Of a stretch of DNA of 62,999 nucleotides, positions 27,703 to 37,660 are shown one piece after another. The DNA is from Candidatus Woesebacteria bacterium RIFCSPHIGHO2_02_FULL_42_20 (GTDB lineage: Bacteria > Patescibacteriota > Microgenomatia > UBA8517): contig MGGS01000014.1 in the NCBI GenBank assembly GCA_001792535.1, forward strand, positions 1 to 62,999, given 5' to 3'. Every line of letters starts with the position of its first letter. Within the stretch, counting starts at the first letter, position 1. The position numbers were made by a program, and so were the translations under genes. The notes beneath the pieces were generated by a model that saw nothing but the letters and a program-made list of their open reading frames with translations, was not told the DNA's origin and did no database searches.

Positions 27703-28745
27703 AGACCGTGCCTAGCATTAAACCCCAAAGACTTAAATGTTTTTTTATTTTCAAGAAAGTAACTTACGACTATGCTTCCTTTGAAAACAGGAAGGTCTTT
27801 AAGTTTTTTGTGATTTCCGGTCCGTTTTTTAACAAATTTAGGAACCATATAGAAGAGGGTCAAATGAGCCAAAAAAAGAGAGAGGGCAAATTTAAATTTA
27901 AGCTGTACAATATAGCTTACATAGGTAAGAAGTTCAAACATAGGCCTTATGGTCAAAAAAATTAACAAGTCCGTCCTCTCAAGATTCTTTAGCATCAACA
28001 GTACATTATTTCTGTGTTCCCAGAATCTTTTTTTAAGCAAATTTTTACCGGCACTCCCTGCAACTTTATGATATACAACAGATTGGGGGACAGAATATAT
28101 TCTGTAACCTTTATTCATCAGTCTCCAGCAGAAATCTATTTCTTCCATATAGTTAAAAAAATCGTCGTCAAAAAGATAATCTTCATCCTCTAGTATGCTT
28201 TTTTTAATTAGCATTACCGCGCCACTAGCCCAAAATATTCTCGCGGGGTTGTCATATTGTCCTCTATCAATTTCCCGACTTTCAAATATTCTTCCCCTTG
28301 TGAAGGGATAGCCAAAATAGTCGATATATCCTCCGCATGCACCTGCATAATCAAACCTTTTTTGGTCGTAACTAAGTTTTATTTTAGGCTGGAAAACCGC
28401 GCCATCTTTTTTTCTTTGGGCAAAACCGACAAGTCTTTTAAGCCAAAATTTGTCAACTATCGTGTCGTTATTCAAAAGTACAAAATACTTGCTTTTAACA
28501 CGCCTCACTAACCAATTATTTCCACCAGTAAAACCAAGATTTTGACCAATTTTGAATACTTTTAGCTTCTTACTATTAATACTTCTTTGAATAATTTTTG
28601 CTTCGTTTGATGTCGAACCATTATCAAGTACTAGTATTTCAAAATCAGGATAATCTGTCTTCAGTAAGGATTTTAAGCAAGTAATAGTATCATCTATGCC
28701 GTTATAATTTAAGATGATTATAGAAACACCAGGCAACCTAATCAT
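27699..28745 (-). CDS. glycosyltransferase family 2
   Basis: It has VSIIILNYNG, LVLDNGSTSNE and LLNNDT. The track start at 28757 is TTG. The ATG at 28743-28745 has a GGAGGG SD (complement of 28750-28755) 4 nt upstream and an ATGA overlap with the upstream stop. Confidence 0.85.
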   Translation of the reverse strand: MIRLPGVSIIILNYNGIDDTITCLKSLLKTDYPDFEILVLDNGSTSNEAKIIQRSINSKKLKVFKIGQNLGFTGGNNWLVRRVKSKYFVLLNNDTIVDKFWLKRLVGFAQRKKDGAVFQPKIKLSYDQKRFDYAGACGGYIDYFGYPFTRGRIFESREIDRGQYDNPARIFWASGAVMLIKKSILEDEDYLFDDDFFNYMEEIDFCWRLMNKGYRIYSVPQSVVYHKVAGSAGKNLLKKRFWEHRNNVLLMLKNLERTDLLIFLTIRPMFELLTYVSYIVQLKFKFALSLFLAHLTLFYMVPKFVKKRTGNHKKLKDLPVFKGSIVVSYFLENKKTFKSLGFNARHGL

Positions 28746-30109
28746 TGTTCCCTCCAATAAATTCTGGCTATCGAATATTTGCTTTCGATTTTGTATTTGT
28801 TCTCAGACAAAAACTCCAAAAACCATTTTTCCTCTTGCCCTCCATAGGTAACCATAACTTTAGGTTTTTTCGAGAGTCCATTTTTGAGTACTTCCAATTG
28901 CACAGGAATTAACGTACCAAAGGTATTTAGGTGGCGGGACGTAGAATTTCGATTCGAATAAAACAAGATCTCGGGCTCGTCAATCCAAAGAAAAATCAGG
29001 TCTTCCTTTGAGGTCCTTTCTTTTATTTCAAAACCAATTTCCCGGCCTTCATATGCATACCTGACTGTGCTCCCAAAAGTTTTCGTATAAGCGCTTCTTG
29101 GGTTTATAAACCATAAATAGCCCCAGAGGGATAAAAAAATAAAGATGTTGACAAAAAATATTTTTGGGGCTTGTCTTTCTTGCCAAAATACACCAAAAAC
29201 CAAAACGCCAGCAGAAATTATCGGGAAATAGTAATGTAACACATCCCTACTAGTGAGCTTCGCAGCAATCCAATACGCAGCTAACCACAACAAAAAGAAA
29301 ATTCTTTGATTGTTAAGCTTCTTTCTATATACAAATCCTAAAACTAAGGCAGAAACAAGCAACATGTTCATAAGTAAATTACCTCGAGTAACAATGCCGA
29401 CTAGCCCGACTTTGTCAACCACATTTTCTATCCCTGAACTTACATAGATACGGTTAAAAACCACGACAGATTCCCAAAACGCACCCCAAGCTCCGCGAAA
29501 ATAGAAATATATTATGACTGCAGCAACGGGTACAGCTAGCCCTGCCCCAAACTTAGCAAAAGCTAATAATTTACTCTTTAAAAAGATTAACAATATGACT
29601 AAGACTCCGATATTCGTGAAAGCAATAGGTTTAATTAAAAAGGAAAACCCGGCCAAAAATCCGGCCAAGACATATAACCTTTTTTGAATAACAAGTAATA
29701 GTGATAGCATCAAAAACGTAACCATAAACATCTCTGTATTGGCGACCAGCCCTTCCAAGACAAAGGAGTTTGCCATCAACATATAAAAGCCGACTAAAAG
29801 AAATTTCTTTTTAACCTTAACTATTTCTAAAATATTTATTATTATCAAAGTTGAAACAACGGAGTTTATAAATGAGAGTATCCTTACACTAAGTTGGGAT
29901 TCCCCAAAAATTTGAAAACCAATCCAGTACAGCAAATGGATACCAGGAGGCTTGTGCTCGAAAGCATCTTTATAAAGAACAAAGTCGCTGTCAAAAAATC
30001 GAGTTGCCATGTAAGCATATGCACCTTCATCGCGGTTTAAGGGCAACCCCCAAGATTGCCATCGCAGTATTAAACTAAAAAAGGAAATAATTAAAATCTT
30101 TTTAAGCAC
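28742..30109 (-). CDS. ArnT/PMT-like GT-C glycosyltransferase (GT39/83-type)
   Basis: 455 aa and polytopic. The first-loop acidic motif is LNRDEGAYAY, followed by HKPPG. The GTG start at 30107-30109 overlaps the upstream gene by 8 nt. Confidence 0.65.
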   Translation of the reverse strand: MLKKILIISFFSLILRWQSWGLPLNRDEGAYAYMATRFFDSDFVLYKDAFEHKPPGIHLLYWIGFQIFGESQLSVRILSFINSVVSTLIIINILEIVKVKKKFLLVGFYMLMANSFVLEGLVANTEMFMVTFLMLSLLLVIQKRLYVLAGFLAGFSFLIKPIAFTNIGVLVILLIFLKSKLLAFAKFGAGLAVPVAAVIIYFYFRGAWGAFWESVVVFNRIYVSSGIENVVDKVGLVGIVTRGNLLMNMLLVSALVLGFVYRKKLNNQRIFFLLWLAAYWIAAKLTSRDVLHYYFPIISAGVLVFGVFWQERQAPKIFFVNIFIFLSLWGYLWFINPRSAYTKTFGSTVRYAYEGREIGFEIKERTSKEDLIFLWIDEPEILFYSNRNSTSRHLNTFGTLIPVQLEVLKNGLSKKPKVMVTYGGQEEKWFLEFLSENKYKIESKYSIARIYWREQ

Positions 30110-30941
30110 GTTGCTTTATAGCCACAAGAGAAATTCCTACAGTGGATGTATCGAGACTAAATTCTTTATCGTTAAAACGGTCAATAAAATTAACAGCTTT
30201 TAATAAAAGATGGTACAAATCCCGACTTCCGCCATCATCTGAAGAAAACTTACTTAGAGACTTTGTAATATTACGAGGAAGCGTTTTAGATTTTCTGATC
30301 TTGTATCCCAGATTCAAAAGAAAGTGATTAAACGGTAATCCGTAATGGGTCAATACTTTCACTTCTTCCACTTTTAACCCAGACTTTTTGACTGCTTGGA
30401 TTAAGCCATCGGGTGTGTAAAGTCTTATGTGCTGATTCCAAACCCCAGCCCAAAAACCGTTTGTTATGTGGGTACCAAAAACATTTTCCAAAATGAAACT
30501 TACCGGGTCCCATAAAAAAGGGTAATTATGAGACGGTACTGTAATCGCCAAAACTCCGCCTTTTTTCAAAACGCGCTTAAACTCTCTCAAACCCCCAACA
30601 TCGTCCGGTAAATGCTCCAAGACTTCACTGCAAATTATCTTGTCAAATTTATTATTATTAAAAGGCATCTTCATCACGCTGCCTTCAACCAATTTCAGTC
30701 GCTTACTTTTAACATAATTTTTGGCTAAATCTAGAGCCTTCGGATTGTCGTCTAAACCAATAAGATGAGCATTGGTAAATTTTGACAACAAGTGGAGGTA
30801 AAACCCATCGCCACAACCAGCGTCTAATACAATCTCATTTTTTTTGGGAGATAGAGATGTGATAATCGCTTTGGCTCTTCTTTTAAGACACATATCCCCT
30901 GTATTAGAAAGTAGTTCGTCCAGTATTTTAGTGTTAATCAT
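30102..30941 (-). CDS. class I SAM-dependent methyltransferase (type 11-like)
   Basis: 279 aa with VLDAGCGDGFY, ICSEVLEHL and LKKGGVLAITVP. Confidence 0.85.
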   Translation of the reverse strand: MINTKILDELLSNTGDMCLKRRAKAIITSLSPKKNEIVLDAGCGDGFYLHLLSKFTNAHLIGLDDNPKALDLAKNYVKSKRLKLVEGSVMKMPFNNNKFDKIICSEVLEHLPDDVGGLREFKRVLKKGGVLAITVPSHNYPFLWDPVSFILENVFGTHITNGFWAGVWNQHIRLYTPDGLIQAVKKSGLKVEEVKVLTHYGLPFNHFLLNLGYKIRKSKTLPRNITKSLSKFSSDDGGSRDLYHLLLKAVNFIDRFNDKEFSLDTSTVGISLVAIKQRA

Positions 30942-30968
30942 TAAGGTTTTATAATGTAATATTAATGC
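30942..30968. promoter_or_regulatory. 27-bp divergent spacer with -10-like box
   Basis: TATAAT at 30950-30955 lies 13 nt before the ATG at 30969. Confidence 0.35.
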
Positions 30969-31703
30969 ATGAGTGAATATAATTCCATATCGGTTGTACT
31001 TCCTGCATACAACGAGGAAGACAATATTAAAAAAGCGCTAACAAGCATCTATTCGTATTTAGCCGCAAAATTCGAGACTTTTGAAATTATAGTTGTAAGT
31101 GATGGCAGCACTGACAGAACCAATACTATTGTTAAAAAATTATCTAACAAATTTAAAAATATTCATCTTGTCTTACACCCAAAAAACAAAGGCTATGGCT
31201 CAACTTTAAGATCAGGGTTTAAGGCTGCCAAAAACGATTTAATTTTTTATACCGACTCGGACAATCAATATAACATCAACGATCTCGATAAACTTTTAAA
31301 TCTTGTCAAAAAATTCGACATTGTAGCCGGTTACAGAGTCAAACGAAAAGACCCGCTATTTAGAATTTTTATTGCAAGCGTTTATAATTTAATAATCAAA
31401 ACCCTTTTGGGCTTAAACACAAAAGACATTGATTGCTCGTTTAAAATTTACAAAAAGGAAGTCATTAAAACTTTAAAACTAAAGTCTAAAACCGGACTCA
31501 TAGACGCCGAAATACTAATCAAAGCCCAAAAAAAGGGTTTTAAAGTCGGTCAGGTAGGAGTAAGCCATTTCCCAAGAGTCAAAGGTCGAACAATCTATGA
31601 AGCTGGCCCGAGAAACAAAATCTTGGCCTTTGTCAAACCCTCTGTTGTCATAAATATTTTTAAAGAGATTAAAGAACTTTGGCCCGATCTTAAGCGCTCC
31701 TAA
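30969..31703 (+). CDS. Dpm1/ArnC-type GT2 (polyprenyl-phosphate glycosyltransferase-like)
   Basis: 244 aa with ISVVLPAYNEEDNI, IVVSDGSTDRT, KNKGYGSTLRSGFKAAKNDLIFYTDSDNQ and GYRVKRKD. Confidence 0.75.
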   Translation: MSEYNSISVVLPAYNEEDNIKKALTSIYSYLAAKFETFEIIVVSDGSTDRTNTIVKKLSNKFKNIHLVLHPKNKGYGSTLRSGFKAAKNDLIFYTDSDNQYNINDLDKLLNLVKKFDIVAGYRVKRKDPLFRIFIASVYNLIIKTLLGLNTKDIDCSFKIYKKEVIKTLKLKSKTGLIDAEILIKAQKKGFKVGQVGVSHFPRVKGRTIYEAGPRNKILAFVKPSVVINIFKEIKELWPDLKRS

Positions 31704-32850
31704 CCAGCTTATCGTAAACATCTGTTATGATTTTAGCCAAACGATCACCAAAACGTGTCGCAAATCTTCTGGCTTGCTTGGACATACTGCCCGCAAGCTT
31801 TGAATTCTTCATTAGCAGTTCAATCTTGTCTGCAATCTCGCCCTCATACGGCTTAACTACAAAGGCAACATCTTCACTCAACGCGTAAACCCCCGAACCA
31901 GGATTGGTATTAATCACTGGCGTACCACAAGACAGGGCATCAAGCAAAACATAAGCCATATCCTCTTTGTACAGCGCCGGATAAACTAGAACATCGGCTG
32001 CCTGATAATATTTAGCAAGCTCCCTGTAACTCTTGGAACCCAAAAAATCTATGTTGGAATTTTGAACTGCCTTTTGCTTCACGAACTCTTCTTCCGGTCC
32101 TTCACTTCCGATTATTTTCATTTGGCAACCGTTTGCAACCTTCTCAAAAGCGCCTATAGCCAATCTCACGCCTTTTTCAGGAATAAGCCTGCCGACATAC
32201 AACACTGTGAATTTATTTTCCCAGCCAAGTCTTTTCTTGGCAACAGATTTATCTGTCGGCTTAAATAAATTCAGATCTACCCAGTGGCTAAAAACGACTA
32301 TCTTCTTAGGGTTAACACCCAAATCAACAAATTCTTTCTTTGACTGCTCGGACTGTGCCAGAAGTATGTCAGTATTCTCAACAACCCACTTAGCAACTCC
32401 TGCAAACAAACTTTTACTATTAAAATTGAATAAAGTTTCTGTTGTCATTATAACCGGCTTTTTAAAAACCCTTTTAAACACAACGGCAGGCATAGCCACC
32501 GAAAGACCTATCGCGTGAATCAAATCAACCTTACTATGATGGGTAAGCAAAAATAAAAATAATCTGACCGCAAGGTAAGGTGTCAGATAGAAAAAGTTAA
32601 AAATTGGATGCCAGTTAACAAAGATATTAAAGTAATTTCCCGAAAACCAACTGTATCGATGAACTTCCAAGTTTTTCTTTTTTTCAACTCCAAGTCCTTT
32701 AATACTGACCGTTATTGGCTGATACGTAAGGACATAAGAAAAATAATCATTCTTGGCGAGGTGCTCAGTCAAATCAGTCAGGTGTGTCTCTACTCCCCCC
32801 AAATTTGGGCGGAAAGCAGGAGTCAAAATCAAAATTCTTAGCCTGCTCAC
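31690..32850 (-). CDS. glycosyltransferase family 4
   Basis: 386 aa. It has a GTG start in a GTGA overlap, RILILTPAFRPNLGGVE, and C-terminal YPALYKEDMAYVLLDALSCGTPVI. Confidence 0.8.
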   Translation of the reverse strand: MSRLRILILTPAFRPNLGGVETHLTDLTEHLAKNDYFSYVLTYQPITVSIKGLGVEKKKNLEVHRYSWFSGNYFNIFVNWHPIFNFFYLTPYLAVRLFLFLLTHHSKVDLIHAIGLSVAMPAVVFKRVFKKPVIMTTETLFNFNSKSLFAGVAKWVVENTDILLAQSEQSKKEFVDLGVNPKKIVVFSHWVDLNLFKPTDKSVAKKRLGWENKFTVLYVGRLIPEKGVRLAIGAFEKVANGCQMKIIGSEGPEEEFVKQKAVQNSNIDFLGSKSYRELAKYYQAADVLVYPALYKEDMAYVLLDALSCGTPVINTNPGSGVYALSEDVAFVVKPYEGEIADKIELLMKNSKLAGSMSKQARRFATRFGDRLAKIITDVYDKLVRSA

Positions 32851-33953
32851 AATAGCTTTTTAAACTCCCTGTAACTCTTTTCCCAATCAAATTTTGCTGC
32901 CCACTTAATGGCGTTGGAAGATAATTTGCTTCTTAGTTTGTGGTCTTCAACTATTCTAAACATCGCTTCAGCAAGCTCTTCAACCGACGGATTAGTATTC
33001 ACTATCATACCAGTTTTGCTGCCAATGACAGAATCCCGCAAACCAGAAACGTCCGTAACTATTGATAACGTTCCACAAGCAGCACATTCAGTTACAGTCA
33101 TTCCCCAACCCTCTTTAATCGAAGGGAAAACCAAAGCCCAGGCCTGTTGCATCAATTTAACTTTTTGATCCTTCACATTTTTACTAAAAAACAAGTTGTC
33201 TTTGTCCACGAAATATACAGCTTCACCAAGTCCCAAAGTATCTCTTACCTCTTCAAGTCTTTTTCTTTCATACCCATTGCCAACAACAGCCAGTTTTGCA
33301 TCATTATATTTAGTAAACACACTCTTAAATGCGTTAATAACCAGATCGTTTCTTTTCATTTTTACCAACCTACTTACTGCTAAAAATAGAGGGTAAGAAG
33401 CTTTTTTGCCGGGTCGATATCTAGTGTGATCAATACCCAAATTAAATACCCCAATACTCTTTTTTGGAACACCAACCGAAATTAAGTCATCCCTTGTACT
33501 GTTTGAGTAACAAATAAATTTTATTTTTTTATAAGTGAGATATTGCAAACGCTCAACCAAATATCCGAAATGTGAAACAAAAGGAGGAAATTCATAAAAA
33601 AACACTTCCTTTGCCATTTGGTTAAGATAGCCAATTCTCTTTGATTTTAAAGCCCAAACAGGTGTTTGCCAAAAAATAGTATTAGAGCAATCCAAAACAA
33701 CATCAGGCTTTTTTTGTAATAACCAATAATAGAGAGGAGCAAGTAAGTACATTATAACTCTATTCCTCCCCATTCTAACAATTTTTATTTGATCAACGGA
33801 CTCAAACCTTTTACCTTCGGGAAAACTCCGGCAAAACCAATTAACTTCATGACCATCCTTGACTAATCTCTTGGCAAGCTCGTACAGTATTATCTCAGCG
33901 CCGCCGACTTCTGGATGTTTTATATCTTTCCAATTCAAAATTAAAACATTCAT
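32847..33953 (-). CDS. glycosyltransferase family 4
   Basis: 368 aa with HPEVGGAE and FPSIKEGWGMTVTECAACGTLSIV. Confidence 0.8.
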   Translation of the reverse strand: MNVLILNWKDIKHPEVGGAEIILYELAKRLVKDGHEVNWFCRSFPEGKRFESVDQIKIVRMGRNRVIMYLLAPLYYWLLQKKPDVVLDCSNTIFWQTPVWALKSKRIGYLNQMAKEVFFYEFPPFVSHFGYLVERLQYLTYKKIKFICYSNSTRDDLISVGVPKKSIGVFNLGIDHTRYRPGKKASYPLFLAVSRLVKMKRNDLVINAFKSVFTKYNDAKLAVVGNGYERKRLEEVRDTLGLGEAVYFVDKDNLFFSKNVKDQKVKLMQQAWALVFPSIKEGWGMTVTECAACGTLSIVTDVSGLRDSVIGSKTGMIVNTNPSVEELAEAMFRIVEDHKLRSKLSSNAIKWAAKFDWEKSYREFKKLL

Positions 33954-34966
33954 ACCATATATTTATACTTTTTAATTAAACTTAAAACTGTTCCATAGCC
34001 ATACATCAAAGTTACTCCGAAACACATGATGGGATGGACAAACCAAGCAAAATCCCGCAATTTAACATAGCCCTTAAACGAGTCCAGGGTGGGCTTCACA
34101 AAAGTAATAGATATAATAATAAATTTTGCCAATTTCCAAAAGTCTCCAGGCATATAGACACTGTACCGCCTTCTCGACAAATCCTCAAAATGATATTCTC
34201 GCATAAATTTAAGTCTCCTTTTCAAAAAAAAGACCAGTCCTCGAGCGCCCGTTGCGTGGATAAGCGAGTTTTTAACAAATGCGAATTTATTAAATCCTCG
34301 CAGTATCACATCCGTCATTACGTCGATTGGATAATGATAGTTGGGTGAAATTTTTGCATTCTCAAAAACAATTTTTCTTCTCATCATACAACCGTTTGTT
34401 CCTACCGTCGGAATTTTTCGCGGATCACTTTTAAACTCCACCAAAAAGTATTTTCCCATATCACGTGATTCCCCGAGTCCGTTCCATTTTTTTTGAATCC
34501 ACATCAAACGGTCTGCTTTGCCAAAATAATACGGGACCGGGTCGAGTGCGCCAAAAAGAGCAAAATACCTGTCCATCAAGCTCATTTTGGGGTCATAGTG
34601 GTACCAACAGCTCTCAACTGCCACAAGGTCTTTGTGATTTAAGAAAGGCTCAACATACTCTCTCAGAAAATTTTTCGTCGGCATATAATTGTCATGATCC
34701 AAAATAAGCACAAGCTCGCCTTTGGCCCTGTTGAAAGCAACTCCTCTATTGTATTCCGCATTTTGTTTGCTTTCAGAAATCTTGACAACTTCCGCCCTGT
34801 ACTTTTTAGCTACATCCAGCGTGTCGTCGTTTGAGTCACCGTCACCTATAATTATTTCAATTTTACTTTGAGGATAATTCTGCACCCGTACACGTTTAAG
34901 ACACTCATTAAGAGTTTTACCTGAATTATACGTTGCTGTAACAATACTAATTGTCGGCAATTTCAT
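33950..34966 (-). CDS. glycosyltransferase family 2
   Basis: It has ISIVTATYNSG, IIIGDGDSNDDT and LILDHDN. The track start at 34978 is TTG. The ATG at 34964-34966 shares one nt with the upstream TAA stop. Confidence 0.8.
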   Translation of the reverse strand: MKLPTISIVTATYNSGKTLNECLKRVRVQNYPQSKIEIIIGDGDSNDDTLDVAKKYRAEVVKISESKQNAEYNRGVAFNRAKGELVLILDHDNYMPTKNFLREYVEPFLNHKDLVAVESCWYHYDPKMSLMDRYFALFGALDPVPYYFGKADRLMWIQKKWNGLGESRDMGKYFLVEFKSDPRKIPTVGTNGCMMRRKIVFENAKISPNYHYPIDVMTDVILRGFNKFAFVKNSLIHATGARGLVFFLKRRLKFMREYHFEDLSRRRYSVYMPGDFWKLAKFIIISITFVKPTLDSFKGYVKLRDFAWFVHPIMCFGVTLMYGYGTVLSLIKKYKYMV

Positions 34967-35727
34967 TACTTGTTCCAAATAAACTTTTGAAGCTTATCCC
35001 ACAAAGCTCTGGGTAATAATCTATTTAAAACCCAAATTATTTTAGCATCGCGGCCTACGACTGTTATTACGGGCGGTCTATCCATTTTTATAATCTCGTA
35101 TATTTTTTGGACAATTTTCTCTCCCCTGACAAAGGGTAATAGCAATCTTAAGGGCCACAATTTTTGTCTCGCACTTTTGTGTTGTAATTTAACTTTTTCC
35201 TCTGAATAAATTGCTCCCGGCGCAACAACAGTAATATTTATATTGTCTTTGAGTAGCTCATATCTAATACTTTCCGAAAACGCCTGGAAAGCAAACTTTG
35301 AAGCCGAATAAACACTAAAGTTGGGAAAAGAAACAAGTCCGGACAATGATGTTATGTTAATTATTTTACCGCCGCCCCGGCTTTTCATATTTACCAATAC
35401 TTCCTTAATTAAACGGAATGCCCCAACTGCGTTTGTGTCCAATATCTTTAGATAGTCATAACTCGAGAATTTTTCAAATGGCCCTGAAAGGGCATAACCG
35501 GCATTATTTATCAAAACATCGATCTTTCCCTCTTTTTTGATAATTTCATGGACAGCCTCCTTACAGCTTTTATCCGAAGTAATATCGAGTTTTAGCCATT
35601 TCACTCCATCAATCTCTGTCTCCGTCCTCGACCCCCCATAAACTACAAAATCCTTTTTACTCAAAAAAAGCGTAATTTCCTGCCCCAACCCCGATGAAGA
35701 ACCTGTTACCAAAACAACTTCTTTCAC
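34966..35727 (-). CDS. SDR-family oxidoreductase
   Basis: 253 aa with a GTG start. Motifs are VTGSSSGLG (TGxxxGxG), NNAG and YSASK (YxxxK). Confidence 0.85.
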   Translation of the reverse strand: MKEVVLVTGSSSGLGQEITLFLSKKDFVVYGGSRTETEIDGVKWLKLDITSDKSCKEAVHEIIKKEGKIDVLINNAGYALSGPFEKFSSYDYLKILDTNAVGAFRLIKEVLVNMKSRGGGKIINITSLSGLVSFPNFSVYSASKFAFQAFSESIRYELLKDNINITVVAPGAIYSEEKVKLQHKSARQKLWPLRLLLPFVRGEKIVQKIYEIIKMDRPPVITVVGRDAKIIWVLNRLLPRALWDKLQKFIWNK

Positions 35728-35746
35728 AAATCACAGTATACAACTT

Positions 35747-37660
35747 TCATTTGATCCTTCGCCACACCTGGGTGTTGGCATTACCAAAAATCTTTTCTAC
35801 ACCAAAGTCCCCCGGTGAGAACGGGAGACTCTCTTTGTACTCGCCGTACCTTACCAGGTAAATGTAATCTACTCCAAGACTTTTAAAAATTCGTGTTGCT
35901 TTTTCCCTGTCAATCTCTGTAAAAATTCTTTTGTCAGAAACAATTTTTTTGCCGGAAATATTTTGCACATACCCCTTTTTAGTAATAAATGCCGCCGGTT
36001 TATAAGGTGTTTCATACGGACACTGTAAGCATTCTCTATCACTAATCAATACTTTGTCGCCCGTATTTGCTTTAATATAAGTAAGTGCCGCTATTTCATC
36101 TTGGCTCACATAATAAGTTAAAGAATTTTTCTTGTACCATAGATATACTCCGATTCCTAGTAAAAAGAGACTTACAAAAATGATTATTTTCTTTTTTCGA
36201 AAAAAAAATGCGGGTGCCACAAATAAAAGTCCGTTCAAAAGCCACAGTTTTTTATTTTTCAAAAGGTGGATTGCTTCAGGTGACAAGTGAGAAAGTAATA
36301 ATCCTTCCTTCCCGACAAACCAGTTATAACGAGGCTTAATAATCAAGTCACCCCCATACCTCTCAACCTCCAAAGTTTCTTTATAAGCCGGCCAATCGGG
36401 AATATCACCCTGATACCCTCGAAGAACAACCCTGTCTTCAAAGTAGTCAAATAACGTGTCCCCCAAATTCCACACACTTTTTTCGTCACTTGCCTCATCA
36501 ATATAAAAGGGTACATTAACGGCTAATTGAAAATCGGAGTTTGGATTTACAAAGTAGGGCTCGACCAGATCTTCATGATAACTTCTGAAATCAAATATTT
36601 GTGCTTTCCCTTCCCCATCATGGTATCTTACGCCAATCCGAAATTTCGCAGACTGGTACCAAGTTACATTTTTTGCTTTAATTTTATATGAAGGTGAACC
36701 CTCGGGATATGTTTTTCGGAACCACTCTCCAAACTCGCTCATCGAAAGGACTACAAGTTTATGGTTTTTTTGTCTGTCTGAAATCAGTTTTAACTGATCT
36801 TCATATTCACCTTTATAAGCCGATGGATCCAAATCTGCCTCCAGTCCAATTGTAAACTGGCCGAAGTCGTTTTCATTGTCTAAGTAAACGTCCATCAGCC
36901 ACTCAAAATATTTTAAATCAAGCTTCTCAGGTAAAATATGATAATCCTGCGCACTATAAAGACTGTTTTTATATCCCCTGTCGGGGTCTCTGGGCGCCCA
37001 CTGAATAGTTACAATATCTATTTTAGATTTCCGACTGCCTGGTACTCCGGCATGGCTCATTGACGGATAAAAAGGGACTCCGAAGTATTGACCCCACACC
37101 TGATAACCATCCACTGAAAATTGATCGGCTACTCCAAGATTTGTTATAGAACCATATTTTTCCCTGATGTAGGCAAGGGAAAAACTGTCCGTCCACCAGG
37201 ATCCGACAGACTTGGGGTAGAATCCAAAAACTTCATAAAATTTACTAAACACTTTATTAATAAGTTTTAGTCTATCCTCCCTTTTATATCCTGATAGAAA
37301 AACAGATGCGGCGTGATGCCACGAGCCTGTATCGTTATAAATAACGCCGGAATCTTCCGAGAACTTCTTTGAGACTTCCAGAAAAATGCCAACCTCTTGT
37401 TTAGCATCCATACCCAAAATTACTTTAAGTGCCTTCTCGTCTCTTAAAACATCGTATGTCAAAAGCCAGGTCGCGGCTAAATTGTTTTCCTGAACCGGTT
37501 TGTAACTGGCTAAAATACTCCTAGACACATCTTTTGTGTAAGGAGCAATTCTGACCGGATTAACAATGTTCACAAATTTTTCTCTTTCATTTGCAAAAAT
37601 ATTTTTTGGTAAAGAAAAAATTAGCACAAATAAAATAATTACAAGGAGAACTTTTCTCAC
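35747..37660 (-). CDS. exported/membrane-anchored protein, function unknown (possible polysaccharide deacetylase-like N-domain)
   Basis: 637 aa with a GTG start in a GTGA overlap. A signal-peptide-like N-terminus (..LPKNIFA) is followed by a ~450-aa soluble region (ATWLLTYDVL.., WHHAAS), two TM helices (aa ~475-520) and a ~115-aa tail. The deacetylase idea is weak. Confidence 0.35.
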   Translation of the reverse strand: MRKVLLVIILFVLIFSLPKNIFANEREKFVNIVNPVRIAPYTKDVSRSILASYKPVQENNLAATWLLTYDVLRDEKALKVILGMDAKQEVGIFLEVSKKFSEDSGVIYNDTGSWHHAASVFLSGYKREDRLKLINKVFSKFYEVFGFYPKSVGSWWTDSFSLAYIREKYGSITNLGVADQFSVDGYQVWGQYFGVPFYPSMSHAGVPGSRKSKIDIVTIQWAPRDPDRGYKNSLYSAQDYHILPEKLDLKYFEWLMDVYLDNENDFGQFTIGLEADLDPSAYKGEYEDQLKLISDRQKNHKLVVLSMSEFGEWFRKTYPEGSPSYKIKAKNVTWYQSAKFRIGVRYHDGEGKAQIFDFRSYHEDLVEPYFVNPNSDFQLAVNVPFYIDEASDEKSVWNLGDTLFDYFEDRVVLRGYQGDIPDWPAYKETLEVERYGGDLIIKPRYNWFVGKEGLLLSHLSPEAIHLLKNKKLWLLNGLLFVAPAFFFRKKKIIIFVSLFLLGIGVYLWYKKNSLTYYVSQDEIAALTYIKANTGDKVLISDRECLQCPYETPYKPAAFITKKGYVQNISGKKIVSDKRIFTEIDREKATRIFKSLGVDYIYLVRYGEYKESLPFSPGDFGVEKIFGNANTQVWRRIK

